64,000 bases of DNA from Antedon mediterranea (taxonomy: Eukaryota; Animalia; Echinodermata). Position numbers and translations under genes: made by a program. Of this stretch, positions 10,826-24,619 are shown piece after piece. The notes beneath the pieces are model-generated. The model saw nothing but the letters and a program-made list of their open reading frames with translations. It searched no databases and was not told the origin of the DNA. Every line of letters begins with the position of its first letter. Positions within the stretch are counted from its first letter, which is position 1. The DNA is taken from the NCBI RefSeq assembly GCF_964355755.1, contig NC_092673.1, positions 27,277,648 to 27,341,647 of the forward strand, written 5' to 3'.

Positions 10826-12406
10826 CTAGACATGTAACTCGTCACTTTGACGAGTTTGGTTATCCGCCGCGCAAGTGGTGCAACATTAACATTAAGGGGA
10901 TAGGTTGAGGACAAAAGGAAGTGTTCACGTTGGCATTATGACCTGAACTGAAGAATATGATATGTTGCTGAATTTTATTATTTAAATTCATATATAGTAT
11001 ACACAGTATAATCTGTATCCATATCACATACAGTGACATACATAGAATAGGTGAAATTACGGGACCCGCTATTTATTGCAATTTTTAACGTGTTGACGGT
11101 TTTAAAATGAAACGCGAAGTTAGCAATTCCGAAAGGAAATTATCTCAGCAACAACGTATTAGCATGTAGAAGAAATTTGAATACGTGAAATATTGATGCG
11201 CGCTCGTTTAAATGTAATGAATTATGACGCAAAAGATGAAAATACGACCTTTTTTATATAACTGGCCATATGATGACGTCACAACATCCGATTGGCAACA
11301 TTTTTACATAATTTCGTATCTAAAATTCAATAGCTTCCAGAAAAAGTTTTAATCGTGATTATCACATTTTATTCTTACGAGCTATAACAGATTAAAATTT
11401 ACTGTAAAGATGAAATTAATGCCACACGTGATTTAAATTTTTAGGCATGATGACGTCAAAAAAATTAAAATATTTTTAACTCATGCGAAAGATAGTTGAT
11501 TGACCTAGACAATATCAAAATTGGAAAACGAATAAGTGGAGAGGCGCTCTATTCAATGTGATGACCTATGACGAAAGATACAAAAATCCTAAATTTTATA
11601 TTCGTGTGGCCATACGATGACGTCACAATGTCCGGTTAGCCATATTAATACCTGATCCGATATCTACAACTCATCAACTTCCAGAATATGTCATCCACAA
11701 AAAGTTGACCGTGTAGTTTAGAAATTACGACTGTTTAAAAAAAGGCATATTTTTAACGGAATTTTGAACTTTTTCATCAAAAACACGCGCAAATTGTCCA
11801 ATTCGACGTGCTCGTATGACGTAACTTTAAGTCGAAATTGTTTAAAATTTGATAAAATTACTAGAAAAGGCTGGAAAAACATAAATCACGCGAAAAAAAT
11901 ATGTTTTCAATGCTACGTGCGCACCGCACACGTAAAAATTTGCGCACGCGTGGGAATTTTTTACATGCTTAAAACGACATGAAACGCGTAGAAAGTTGAT
12001 TAGAAATTAATTTTGCGCATTTTGAAATTTTAAATGCGCGTGCGCGCGTAACTTTGTGTAAAACACGCAATTTTTTTTCAACATAAAGTTAGCGCATGAT
12101 ATAAATTAAACTTTTGGAAAGTTTCAATTTGAAATGTTATTTGGTTTTCAACCTATGTTAAATACGAGGAAATCGTTAAATCACGCGTAAGTCACGTTGC
12201 GCAATTGTAAACGTCATGAAAAGCTTCGCAGCACATCTTCATGTGCATGACGATATGTTGAGAAAGTTACAAAATGTTATGTTTACAAGTTTTAGAGAAA
12301 AGCGTTCCACAAAAATCATACAGAAAGAAAGAAGATCAAGAAAAAGATGATGTTGATCTCGTACAATCACAAGAGGTTATCCTGCAACTTCGTTGCGGAT
12401 AACCAA
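10826..12406 (-). mobile_element. HINE-like copy 8 (subfamily C, complete)
   Basis: Diagnostic ccgccgcgcaagtggtgcaacattaacattaagggg start; ggttatcctgcaacttcgttgcggataacc end. Confidence 0.82.
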
Positions 12407-12474
12407 AAAAGTAACAGGACGATTACAAGGAGTTATCCGCTACTAAGCGGATAACTAATAACAAAGAAGATGAA

Positions 12475-14059
12475 CTAGACATGAAACTCGTCACTTTGAC
12501 GAGTTAGTTATCCGCACGACAAACGCCACGTGCACGTCATACGTTGGAATATTGCACACGGAAAAAGATTATGGCATTGTGACCTGAACTGAAGAATATG
12601 AGATGTTGTTATTGCTGAATTCTGTTATTTTGTGTCATATAGTATACACAGTATAATCTGTATACATATCACATACAGTGTAGAATAGGTGAAATTACGG
12701 GACCCGCTATTTATTCAAATTTTTAACATATTGACAGTTTCAAAATGAAACGTGAATGTAGCAATTTCGGAAGGAAATTATCTCAACAACAACATATTAA
12801 CGTGTAGAAGAAATTTGAACACGTGAAATATTGATGCGCGCTCTTTTAAATGTAATGAACTATGACGCAAAAGATGAAAATACGACTTTTTTTATTTAAC
12901 TGGCCATATGATGATGTCACAACATCCGATTGGCAAAATGTTTACATGATTTCGTATCTACAATCCAATAGCTTCCAGAAAACATTTTAATCGTGATTAT
13001 CCCATTTTATTCTTACGAGCGATAACAGATTAAAATTTACTGTAAAGATGAAATTAATGACCCACGTAATTAAAATTTTTAGGCACGATGACGTTACAAA
13101 AATTAAAATATTTTTAACTCATGTGAAAGGTAGTTGATTGACCAAGACAATATTAAAATCTCGGAAAAAATAGAATACGGATAAGCGTGATGCGCTCCAT
13201 TGAATGTGATGAGCAATAACGAAAGAGACAAAAATCCTATATTTTATATTCGCGTGGCCATACGATAACGTCACAATGTCCTGTTAGCCATATTAATGTA
13301 TGATTTGATATCTACAACTCATCAATTTCCAGAATATGTAATAAAAATAACTTTCACCGTTTAGTTTAGAAACTACGACTGTTTAAAAAAAGGCATAATT
13401 TTGACGATTTTTTTAGCTTTTTGATGAAATACGCGCGCAAATTATCCAATTCGACGTGCTCGTATGACGTAATTTTAAGTCGAAATTGTTTAAAAGTTGG
13501 TAAAATTACTAGAAAAGGCTGGAAAAACATAAATCACACGAAAAAAGTATGTTTTTAACGCTACGTGCGCCCCTCGCGCGTAAAAATTTGCGCATGTGTG
13601 GGAATTTTTGACATGCTCAAAATGACAAGAAACGCGTAGAAAGTTGATTAGAAATTGATTTTTCGCATTTTAAAATTTTAAATGCGCGTGCGCGCGTAAC
13701 TTTGTGTGAAACATGCCATTTTAATCCACAGAAAGTTGACTCTTGATATGAATTAAATTTTCACCAAGTCTCAATACAAAATGACTTTCGGTTTTTAATC
13801 TATGATCAATCATTTAAATTCATAAAATTGCGCGCAAGTCACGTTGCGCAACTGTGACGTTTTTCAAAAATAGGAGGTGCACAACTTCACGTAAATATCT
13901 ATATGTTGACAAAGTTATGATATGTTCTGTTTACACATTTTAGAGAAACAGGGCTCACAAAAAAAGGAAGAAAGACAGAAGAATAATACAGAAAAAGAAA
14001 AAAAAGATCCCATACAATAACAAGGAGTTATCCGCACACTGCCATGTGCGGATAACTAA
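12475..14059 (-). mobile_element. HINE-like copy 9 (long type, complete)
   Basis: Both termini; hairpin agttatccgcacactgccatgtgcggataact; followed by two orphan ends (14060-14174). Confidence 0.82.
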
Positions 14060-14174
14060 AAAGATATTTACAATCACAAGGGTTATCCTGCAACACTAAG
14101 TTGCGGATAACCAAAAAAAAAAGTAACAGGACGATTACAAGGAGTTATCCGCTACTAAGCGGATAACTAAAAAA

Positions 14175-15686
14175 CTAGACATGAAACTCGTCACTTTGAC
14201 GAGTTAGTTATCCGCACGACAAACGCCACGAGCACGTCATGCGTTTGAATATTGCACACAGAAAAAGATTATGGCATTATGACCTGAAGAAGAATATGAT
14301 TATGTTATTATTGCTGAATTCTGTTATTTTGTGTCATATAGTATACACAGTATAATCTGTATACATCACATACAGTGTAGAATAGGTGAAATTACGGGAC
14401 CCGCTATTTATTACAATTTTTAACATGTTGACGGTTTCAAAATGAAACCCGAAGGTAGCAATTTCGGAAGGAAATTATCTCAGCAACAACATATTACCGT
14501 GTAGAAGAAATTTAAATACGTGAAATATTAATGCGCGCTCTTTTAAATGTAATGAAATATAACGCAAAAGATGAAAATACGACTTTTTTTATTTAACTGG
14601 CCATATGATGATGTCACAACATTCGATTGGCACAATTTTCACATGATTTCGTATCTACAATACAATAGCTTCCAGAAAACGTTTTAATCGTGATTATCAC
14701 ATTTCATTCTTACGAGCTATAACAGATTAAAATTTACTGTAAAGATGAAATTAATGACCAACGTAATTTAAATTTTTAGGCATGATGACGTCATAAAAAT
14801 TAAAATATTTTTAACTCATGCGAAAGACAGTTGATTGACCTAGACAATATCAAAATCGGGGTGAAAATGGAAAACGGATAAGTGTAGATGCGCTCTATTA
14901 AATGTGATGAGCTATGACGAAAGATACAAAAATCCTAAATTTTGTATTCGCGTGGCCATACAGTGACGTCACAATGTCCGGTTAGCCATATTAATGCATG
15001 ATCCGATATTTACAACTCATCAACTTCCAGAATATGCAATAAAAATAACTTTCACCGTTTGGTTTAGAAACTACGACTGTTTAAAAAAAGGTATAATTTT
15101 GACAAATTTTGACAAATTTTTGAACTTTTTCATCAAAAACGCACATAAATTATCCAATTCGACGTGCCCGTATGACGTGATTTTAAGTCGAAAATGTTTA
15201 GAAATTGGTCAAATTACTAAAAAAGGGTGGAAAAACATAAATCACGGAAAAAAAATTGTTTTCAACGCTACGTGTGCACCGCACGCGTAAAAAAATGCGC
15301 ACGCGTGGGAATTTTTGACATGCTCAAAATGACATGAAACGCGTAGAAAGTTGATTAGAAATTGATTTTTCTCAATTTGAAATTTTAAACGCGCATGCGC
15401 GCGTAACTTCGTGTGAAACATGCCATTTTTTTCCCACAGTCAGTTAGCGCAAGATATAAATTAAACTTTTGTTAAGTTTCAATTTAAATTGTTATATGGT
15501 TTTCGATCTATATTAAATACGCGAAATTCGTAAAAACGCGCGTAAGTCATGTTGCGCAACTCTGTCGTCATTCACAATAGGAGGTGCACTATTTCACGTG
15601 AATGCCCACATGTTGACAAAGTTATAAAATGTTATGTTTACACGTTTTTGAGTTACGCGAGACACAAAATTGACAGAAAGAAAGAA
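14175..15686 (-). mobile_element. HINE-like copy 10 (5' hairpin displaced)
   Basis: 3' terminus at 14175; breaks at agaaagaa|ctag. Confidence 0.8.
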
Positions 15687-17498
15687 CTAGACATGAAACT
15701 CGTCACTTTGACGAGTTAGTTATCCGCTCGACAAACGCCACGCGCACGTCATACGTTAGAATATTGCACACAGAAAAATATTAAGGCATTATGACCTGAA
15801 TTGAAGAATATGATATGCTGTTAGTGCTGAATTCTGTCAATTTTGTGTCATATAGTATATACATGCAAACAGTATTTCTGTATACATATTACATACAGTG
15901 TAGAATAGGTGAAATTACGGGATCCGCCAATTATTCCAATTTTTAACATGGCGCCGGTATCAAAATGAAACACTTAGATAGCAATTTCTGAAGGAAATTA
16001 TCTCAGGAACAACATATTAACGTGTAGAAGAAATTTGAATACGTAAAATATAGATGCGCACCCTTTTTAATGTGATGAACTATTACGCAAAATATGAAAA
16101 TACGTCTTTTTTTATTCAACTGGCCATATGATGACGTCCCAACATCCGATTGGCAAAATGTTTACATGAATTCGTATCTACAATCCAATAGCTTCCAGAA
16201 AACGTTTTAATCGTGATTATCACATTTTATTCTGATGAGCTATAACAGATTAAAATTTACTGTAAAGATAAATATAAGTGACCCACGTTATTTATATTTT
16301 TAGACATTATGACGTCATAAAAATAAAAAAATGTTTACTCTTGCGTAAGATAGTTGATTGACCTAGAAAATTTCAAAATTTGGGTTAAAATGGAATACGG
16401 ATAAGTGGAGAGGCGCTCTATTAAATGAGATGCGCTATGACGAAAGATACAATAATCTTATATTTTATATTCGCGTGGCCATACGATGACGTCACAATGT
16501 CCGGTTTGCCATATCAATGCATGATTCCTTATCTACAACTTATCATCTTCCTGGATATGTAATTTAAACAAAGTTCACCTCGTAGTTTAGAATCTATGAT
16601 TGTTTAAAAAAAGGTATAATTTTGACAAATGTTTGAACTTTTTCCTCAAAAACGCACATAAATTATCCAATTCGACGTGCCCGTATGACGTAATTTGAAG
16701 TCGAAATTGTTTCAAAGTTGGAAAAATTACTATAAAAGGCTTGAAAACATAAATCACGAGAGAAAAATGGTTTTCAACGCTACGTTCGCACCGCTCGCGT
16801 AAAAAAAAGCGCGCGTGTGGGAATTTTTTACATGCTTAAAATGACATGAAACACGTAGAAAGTTGATTAGAAATTGATTTTTCGCATTTTGAATTTTAAA
16901 TTAGCGTGCGCGCGTAACTTTGTGTAAAACACGCAATTTTTTATCCACAGAAAGTTAGCGCATGATATAAATTAAACTTTTGCTAAGTTTCAATTTAAAT
17001 TGTTATATGGTTTTAAATCTATGTTAAATACGCGAAATTCATAAAATTGTGCGTAAGTCACGTTGCGCATTTCTGACGTTATTCACAATAGGAGGTGCAC
17101 AACTTCACGTGAATGCCAATATGTTGACAAAGTTATAAAATGTTATGTTTACACGTTTTTTAGATACGCGAGACACAAAAATAGAAGAGAAATGCGCGTG
17201 CGCGCGTAACGTCTTGTAAAACATGGCATTTTTAATCCACAAAAAGTTTTCCCTTGATATGACTTAAATTTTCACAAAGTGTCAAAACAAATTTATGCTT
17301 GGTTTTTAGTCTATGATCAATCATAAAAAATCATAAAATCGCACGTAAGTCACGTTGCGCAACTCTGACGTCATTCAAAAATAGGAGGTGCACAACTTCA
17401 CGTAAATGCCCATATGTTGACAAAGTAATGAAATGTTATGTTTACAAGTTTTTGAGATACGCGAGACACAAAAATGAGGGAGAAAGAAATAAGAAAAA
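15687..17498 (-). mobile_element. HINE-like copy 11 with an extra ~300-bp module (17191-17498)
   Basis: Segment (t)gcgtgcgcgcgtaac...gagacacaaaaat occurs twice (~16900 and ~17191). Confidence 0.8.
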
Positions 17499-19140
17499 CT
17501 AGACATGTAACTCGTCACTTTGACGAGTTAGTTATCCGCACGACAAACGCCACGTGCACGTCATACGTTAGAATATTGCACACAGAAAAAATTATGGCAT
17601 TATGACCTGATCTGAAGAATATGATATGTTGTTAGTGCTGAATTCTGTCAATTTTGTGTCATATAGTATATACATGCAAACAGTATAATCTGTATACATG
17701 TTACATACAGTGTAGAATAGGTGAAATTACGGGACCCGCCATTTATTCAAATTTGTAACATGGCGACGGTATCAAGATGAAACACTAAGATAGCAATTTC
17801 GGAAGCAAATTATCTCAGCAACAACATATTAACGTGTAGAAGAAATTTGAATACGTTTAATATTGATGCGCGCTCTTTTAAATATAATGAACTATGATGC
17901 AAACGATGAAAATACGACTTTTTTTATTTAACTTGCAATATGATGACGTCACAGCATCTGATTGGCAAAATGTTCACATGATTTCATATCTACAATCCAA
18001 GAGCTTCCAGAAAATGTTTTAATCGTGATTATCACATTTTATTTTGACGGGCTATTACAGATTAAAATTTACTGTAAAGATGAAATTAATGACCCACGTA
18101 ATTAAAATTTTTAGGCATGATGACGTCATAAAAATTAAAATATTTTTATCTCATGCGAAAGATAGTTGATTGACCTAGACAATATTAAAATCTCGGAGAA
18201 AAAGAAATACGTATAAGCGTGATGCGCTCCATTGAATGTGATGAGCAATAACGAAAGACAAAAAAATTCTATATTTTACATTCGTGTGGCCATATGATGA
18301 CGTCACAACATCCGTGAGGTAAAAATTCTGCATGAATTCATATCTACAACATATCTGCTTACATATTAAGTTAAAAAAATTAGGGGTAATCGTTGATCCT
18401 GAGAAGCTATAAAACATTCAAAATAGGCATAATTTTGACAACATTTTGTAACTTTTTCAACTAAAACGCGTGCAAATGGGCTAAATCAACGTGTTCGTAT
18501 GACGTAATTTTAATTTGAAATGATGTCAATCTTTTTGAAAATGACTAGGAAAAGCTGGAAAATCACAATTCAAGAGAAAAAAACATGATTTTCATGCTCT
18601 ATGCGCACCGTACGCGTAATATTTTTCGCGCGCGGTAATTTTGTACATGCTTAAAATGACATGAAACGCGTAGAAAGTTGATTAGAAATTATTTTTGCGC
18701 ATTTTGAAATTTTAAATGCGCGTGCGCGCGTAACTTTGTGTAAAACACGCAATTTTTTTCAAACAGAAAGTTAGCGCATGATATAAATTAAACTTTCACA
18801 AAGTGTCAATTAAAAATCACTTTTAGTTTTTAATCTATGATCAATCATAAAAAATCATAAAATCGCGCGTAAGTCACGTTGCGCAACTCTGACGTAATTT
18901 AAAAATAGGAGGTGCACAACTTCACGTAAATGCCCACATGTTGTCAAAGTTATAAAATGTTATGTTTACACATTTTAGAGAAACGCTCTACACAAAAATA
19001 GCGAGAAAGAAAGAAGAATAATACAGAAAAAAATATTGATCCCATACAATAACAAGGAGTTATCCGCCAAGTGCGGATAACCAGAAAAAAATATTGATCC
19101 CATACAATAACAAGGAGTTATCCGCCAAGTGCGGATAACT
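17499..19140 (-). mobile_element. HINE-like copy 12 (terminal module tandemly duplicated)
   Basis: cagaaaaaaatattgatcccatac...gcggataac repeated at ~19024 and ~19082. Confidence 0.8.
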
Positions 19141-19335
19141 AAAAAAAAAAAAAAGTAACAGGACGATTACAAGCAGTTATCCGCTACTAAGCGGATAACT
19201 AATAATACAGAAAAAAAAAAAGATGATTTCATACAGTTACAAGGAGTTATCCGCTGAATGCGGATAACTAATGAAAAAAAAAGATATTTACAATAACAAG
19301 GGTTATCCGCAACTTTACAAGTTGCGGATAACCAA
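19021..19335 (-). repeat. Stack of five 5'-terminal hairpin modules
   Basis: gttatccgc-loop-gcggataac with loops caagt, caagt, tactaa, tgaat, aactttacaagtt, separated by A-runs. Confidence 0.9.
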
Positions 19336-20846
19336 CTAGACATGTAACTCGTCACTTTGACGAGTTAGTTATCCGCACGACAAAGGCCACGTGCACGTCA
19401 TACGTTAGAATATTGCACACGGAAAAAGATTATGGCAATATGACCTGAACTGAAGAATATGATATGTTGTTATTGCTGAATTCTGTTATTTTTTGTCATA
19501 TAGTATATACAATATAATCTGTATACATATTACATACATTGTAGAATAGGTGAAATGACTGGACCCGCCATTTATTCCAATTTTTAACATGGCGACGGTA
19601 TCAAAATGAAACACTAAGATAGCAATTTCGGAAGGAAATTATCTCGGCAACAACATATTAATGTGTAGAAGAAATTTAAATACGTAAAATATTGATGCGC
19701 GCTCTTTTAAATGTAATAAATTATGACGCAAAAGATGAAAATACGACTTTTTTTATTTAACTAGTCATATGATGACATCACAACATCCGATTGGCAAAAT
19801 TTTCACATGATTTCCTATCTACAATCCAATAGCTACTAGAAAACGTTTTAATCGTGATTATAACATTTTATTCTTACGAGCTATAACAGATTAAAATTTA
19901 CTGTAAAGATGAAATTAATGCCACACGTAATTTAAATTTTTAGGCATGATGACGTCATAAAAATTAAAATATTTTTAACTCATGCGAAAGATAGTTGATT
20001 GACCTAGACAATATAAAAATCGGGGTGAAAATGGAAAACGGCTAAGTTGAGATGCGCTCTATTAAATGTGATGACCTATAACGAAAGATACAAAAATCCT
20101 TTATTTTATATTTGCGTGGCCATACGATGACGTCATAATGTCCGGTTAGCCATATTTATACATGATCCGATATATACAACTAATCAACTTCCAGAATATG
20201 TTATCCACAAAAAGTTGACCGTGCAGTTTAGAAATTACGACTGTTTAAAAAAAGGCATAATTTTGACAAATTTTTGAACTTTTTCATCAAAAAAGCGCAC
20301 AAATTGTTCAATTCGACGTGCTCATATGACGTGATTTTAAGTCGAAATTGTTTAAAAGTTGATCAAAATACTAAAAAAAGCTAGAAAAACATAAATCACG
20401 AGAAAAAAATAAGTTTTCAACGCTACATGCGCACCGCGCACGTAAAAATTTGCGGGCGCGTGGGAATTTTTGACATGCTTAAAATTACATGAAACGCGTA
20501 GAAAGTTGATTAGAAATTAATTTTGCGCATTTTGAAATTTTAAATGCGCGTGCGCGCGTAACTTTGTGTGAAACATGCCATTTTTAATCCACAGAAAATT
20601 GACTCTTGATATAAATTAAATTTTCACCAAGTCTCAATACAAATCGACTTTTGGTTTTTAATCTATGATCAATCATTTAAATTCATAAAATTGCGTGCAA
20701 GTCACGTTGCGCAACTCTGACGTTTTTCAAAAATAGGAGGTGCACAACTTCACGTAAATGTCTATATTTTGACAAAGTTACGATATGTTCTGTTTACACA
20801 TTTTAGAGAAACAGGGCTCACAAAAAAAGGAAGAAAGACAGAAGAA
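19336..20846 (-). mobile_element. HINE-like copy 13; 5' end resumes at 22435
   Basis: Breaks at gacagaagaa|ctag; twin copy 35 reads gacagaagaataatacagaaaagga, matching 22435 onward. Confidence 0.83.
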
Positions 20847-22434
20847 CTAGACATGAAACTCGTCACTTTGACGAGTTAGTTATCCGCACGACAAACGCCA
20901 CGTGCACGCCATACGTTGGAATATTGCACACGGAAAAAGATTATGGCATTATGACCTGAACTGATGACTATGATAAGTTGTTATTGCTGAATTCTATTAT
21001 TTTGATTCATATAGTATACACTGTGTAATCTGTATACATATCACATACAGTGTAGAATAGGGGAAATTACGGGACCCGCTATTCATTGCAATTTTTAACA
21101 TGTTGATGGTTTTAAAATGAAACGCGAAGGTAGCAATTTTGGAAGGAAATTATCTCAGCAACAACATATTAACGTGTAGAAGAAATTTGAATACGTGAAA
21201 TATTAATGCGCGCTCTTTTAAATGTAATGAACTATGACGCAAAAGATGAAAATACGACTTTTTTTATTTAACTGGCCATATGATGACGTCACCACATCCG
21301 ATTGGCAAAATTTTCACATGATTTTGTATCTACAATCCAATAGCTTCAAGAAAACGTTTTAATCGTGATTATCACATTTTATTCTTACGAGCTATAACAG
21401 ATTGAAATTTACTGTAAAGATGAAATTAATGCCACACGTAATTTAAATTTTTAGGCATGATGACGTCATAAAAATTAAAATATTTTTAACTCATGCTAAA
21501 GATAGTTGATTGACCTAGACAATATCAAAATCAGGGTGAAAATGAAAAACGGATAAGTGGAGATGCGCTCTATTAAATGTGAGGAGTTATGACGAAAGAT
21601 ACAAAAATCCTAAATTTCATATTCGCGTGGCCATACGATGACGTCACAATGTCCGGTTAGCCATATTAATGCATGATCTGATATCTACAACTCATCAACT
21701 TCCAGAATATGTAATAAAAATAATTTTTACCGTTTAGTTTAGAAACTACGATTGTTTAAAAAAAGGCTTAATTTTGACGAATTTTTGAAGTTTTTCATCA
21801 AAAAAGCGCGCAAATTATCATATTCTACGTGCTCGTATGACGTAATTTGAAGTCAAAATTGTTTAAAAGTTGGTAAAATTACTAGAAAAGGCTGGAAAAA
21901 CATAAATCACTCGAAAAAATGACATTTTTAACGCTACGTGTGCATTAAGCGCGTAAAAATTTGCGCACGTGTGGGAATTTTTGACATGCTCAAAATGACA
22001 TGAAATGCGTAGAAAGTTGATTAGAAATTGATTTTTCGCATTGTAAAATTTTAAACGTGCGTGCGCGCGTAACTTCGTGTAAAACATGCCATTTTTAGTG
22101 CACAAAAAGTTAGCGCACGATATAAATTAGACTTTTGCTAAGTTTCAATTTAAATTGTTATATGGTTTTCGATCTATGTTAAATACGCGAAATTCATAAA
22201 AACGTGCGTAAGTCATGTTGCGCAACTCTGACGTCATTCAATTATAGGAAAGCACAACTTCACGTGATTGCCCATATGTTGACAAAGTTATAAAATGTTA
22301 ACTTTACACGTTTTAGAGATACGCTCTGCACAAAAATGACAGAAAGAAAGAAGAATAATACAGAAAAAAAAAAAAAAAAAGATGATGAAACAGGACAGTT
22401 ACAAGGAGTTATCCGCCATGGTGAGGATAACTAA
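20847..22434 (-). mobile_element. HINE-like copy 14 (complete, nested in copy 13)
   Basis: Both termini; hairpin agttatccgccatggtgaggataact. Confidence 0.83.
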
Positions 22435-22566
22435 TAATACAGAAAAGGAAAAAGATCCCATACAATAACAAGGAGTTATCCGCCAAGTGCGGATAACTAA
22501 AAAGAAAAAAAAGATCCCATACAATAACAAGGAGTTATCCGCACACTGCCATGTGCGGATAACTAA

Positions 22567-24160
22567 CTAGACATGTAACTCGTCACTTTGACGAGTTAGT
22601 TATCCGCACGACAAACGCCACGTGCACGTCATACGTTAGAATATTGCACACAGAAAAAAATTATGGCATTATGACCTGATCTGAAGAATATGATATGTTG
22701 TTAGTGCTGAATTTTGTCAATTTTGTGTCATATAGTATATACATGCAAACAGTATAATCTGTATACATGTTACATACAGTGTAGAAGAGGTGAAATTACG
22801 GGACCCGCCATTTATTCAAATTTGTAACATGGCGACGGTATCAAGATGAAACACTAAGATAGCAATTTCGGAAGGACATTATCTCAGCAATCACATATTA
22901 CCGTGTAGAAGAAATTTGAATACGTAAAATATAGATGCGCGCCCTTTTAAATGTGATGAACTATTACGCAAAATATGAAAATACGACTTTTATTATTCAA
23001 CTGGCCATATGATGACATCACAACGTCGGATTGGAAAAATGTTCACATGAATTCGTATCTACAATCCAATAGCTTCCAGGAAACATTTTAATCATGATTA
23101 TCACTTTTTATTCTGACGAGCTATAACAGATTGAAATTTACTGTAAAGATGAAAATAATTGACCCACGTTATTTACGTTTTTAGACATGATGACGTAATA
23201 AAAATTAAAATATTTTTAACTCATGCAAAAGATAGTTGATTGATCTAGACAATATCACAATCGGGGTGAAAATGGAAAACGGATAAGTAGAGATGCGCTC
23301 TATTAAATGTGATGAGTTACGACGAAAGATACAAAAATCCTATATTTTAGATACGCGTGGCCATACGATGACGTCACAATGTCCGGTTAGCCATATTAAT
23401 ACATGATCCGATATCTATAACTCATCAACTTCAAGAATATGTCATCCACAAAAAATTAACCGTCCAGTTTAAAAATTACGACTGTTTAAAAAAAGGCATA
23501 ATTTTGACAAATTTTGACAAATTTGTTAACTTTTTCATCAAAAACTCGCGAAAATTATCCAATTCTACGTGCCCGTATGACGTGATTTTAAGTCGAAATT
23601 GTTTAAAAGTTTGTAAAATTACTAGAAAAGGCAGGAAAAACATAAATCACGCGAAGAAAAAAGTGTTTTGCGCTACGTGCGTCCGCTTGCGTAAAAAAAT
23701 TGCGCGCGCCTGGGAATTTTTGACATACTTAAAATGACATGAAACGCGTAGAAAGTTGATTAGAAATTGATTTTTCGCATTTTGAAATTTTAAACGCGCG
23801 TACGCGCGTAACTTCGTGTGTAACATGTCATTTTTTTTACACATAAAGTTAGCGCATGATATAAATTAAACTTATGCTAAGTTTCATTTGAAATTGTTAT
23901 ATGGTTTTCGATCTATGTTAAATACGCGAAAAACGTAAAAACGTGCGTAAGTCACGTTGCGTAACTCTGACGTCATTCACAATAAGAGGGGCACAACTTC
24001 ACGCGAATGCCCATATGTTGACAAAGTTATGAAATGTTATGTTTACATGTTTTAGAGATACGCTCTGCACAAAAATGACAGAAAGAAAGAAGAATACAGA
24101 AAAAAAAGAAGATGAAACAGGACAGTTACAAGGAGTTATCCGCTGAATGCGGATAACTAA
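22567..24160 (-). mobile_element. HINE-like copy 15 (complete)
   Basis: Both termini; hairpin agttatccgctgaatgcggataact. Confidence 0.82.
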
Positions 24161-24363
24161 AAAAAAAAATATTGATCCACTACAATCACAAGGAGTTATC
24201 CGCTACTAAGCGGATAACTAAAAAGAAAAAAAAAAAGATCCCATACAATAACAAGGAGTTATCCGCACACTGCCATGTGCGGATAACTAAAAAAAAAGAT
24301 GATGAAACAGGACAGTTACAAGGAGTTATCCGCTGAATGCGGATAACTAATAATACAGAAAAA
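24091..24363 (-). repeat. Stack of four 5'-terminal hairpin modules plus a partial tail
   Basis: Loops tgaat, tactaa, acactgccatgt, tgaat. Confidence 0.9.
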
Positions 24364-24619
24364 CTAGATTTGAACTCGTCACTTTGACGAGTTCGGGTTA
24401 TCCGCAGCGCAAAAGCCACGTGCACGTCATACGTTAGAATATTGCGCGCAGAAAAACGATTATGCCATTGAAAAAATGTTAGCGCGCTCTCTATTTTGTG
24501 TCACGTCTAAGTATATACGGTATAACACTACCCAGTGGGCACAGAACATAATTTCAACGTTGAATCAACGTTGAAATATAGTTGATTTGTTGAAATCATG
24601 TTGTCAGCGTATTTCAAAC

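Noticed and set aside
19021-19335. CRISPR-like array of palindromic repeats
   Set aside because: Variation lies in the hairpin loop, the intervening sequences are homologous A-rich leaders rather than unique spacers, there are no cas genes, and the modules match element 5' ends.
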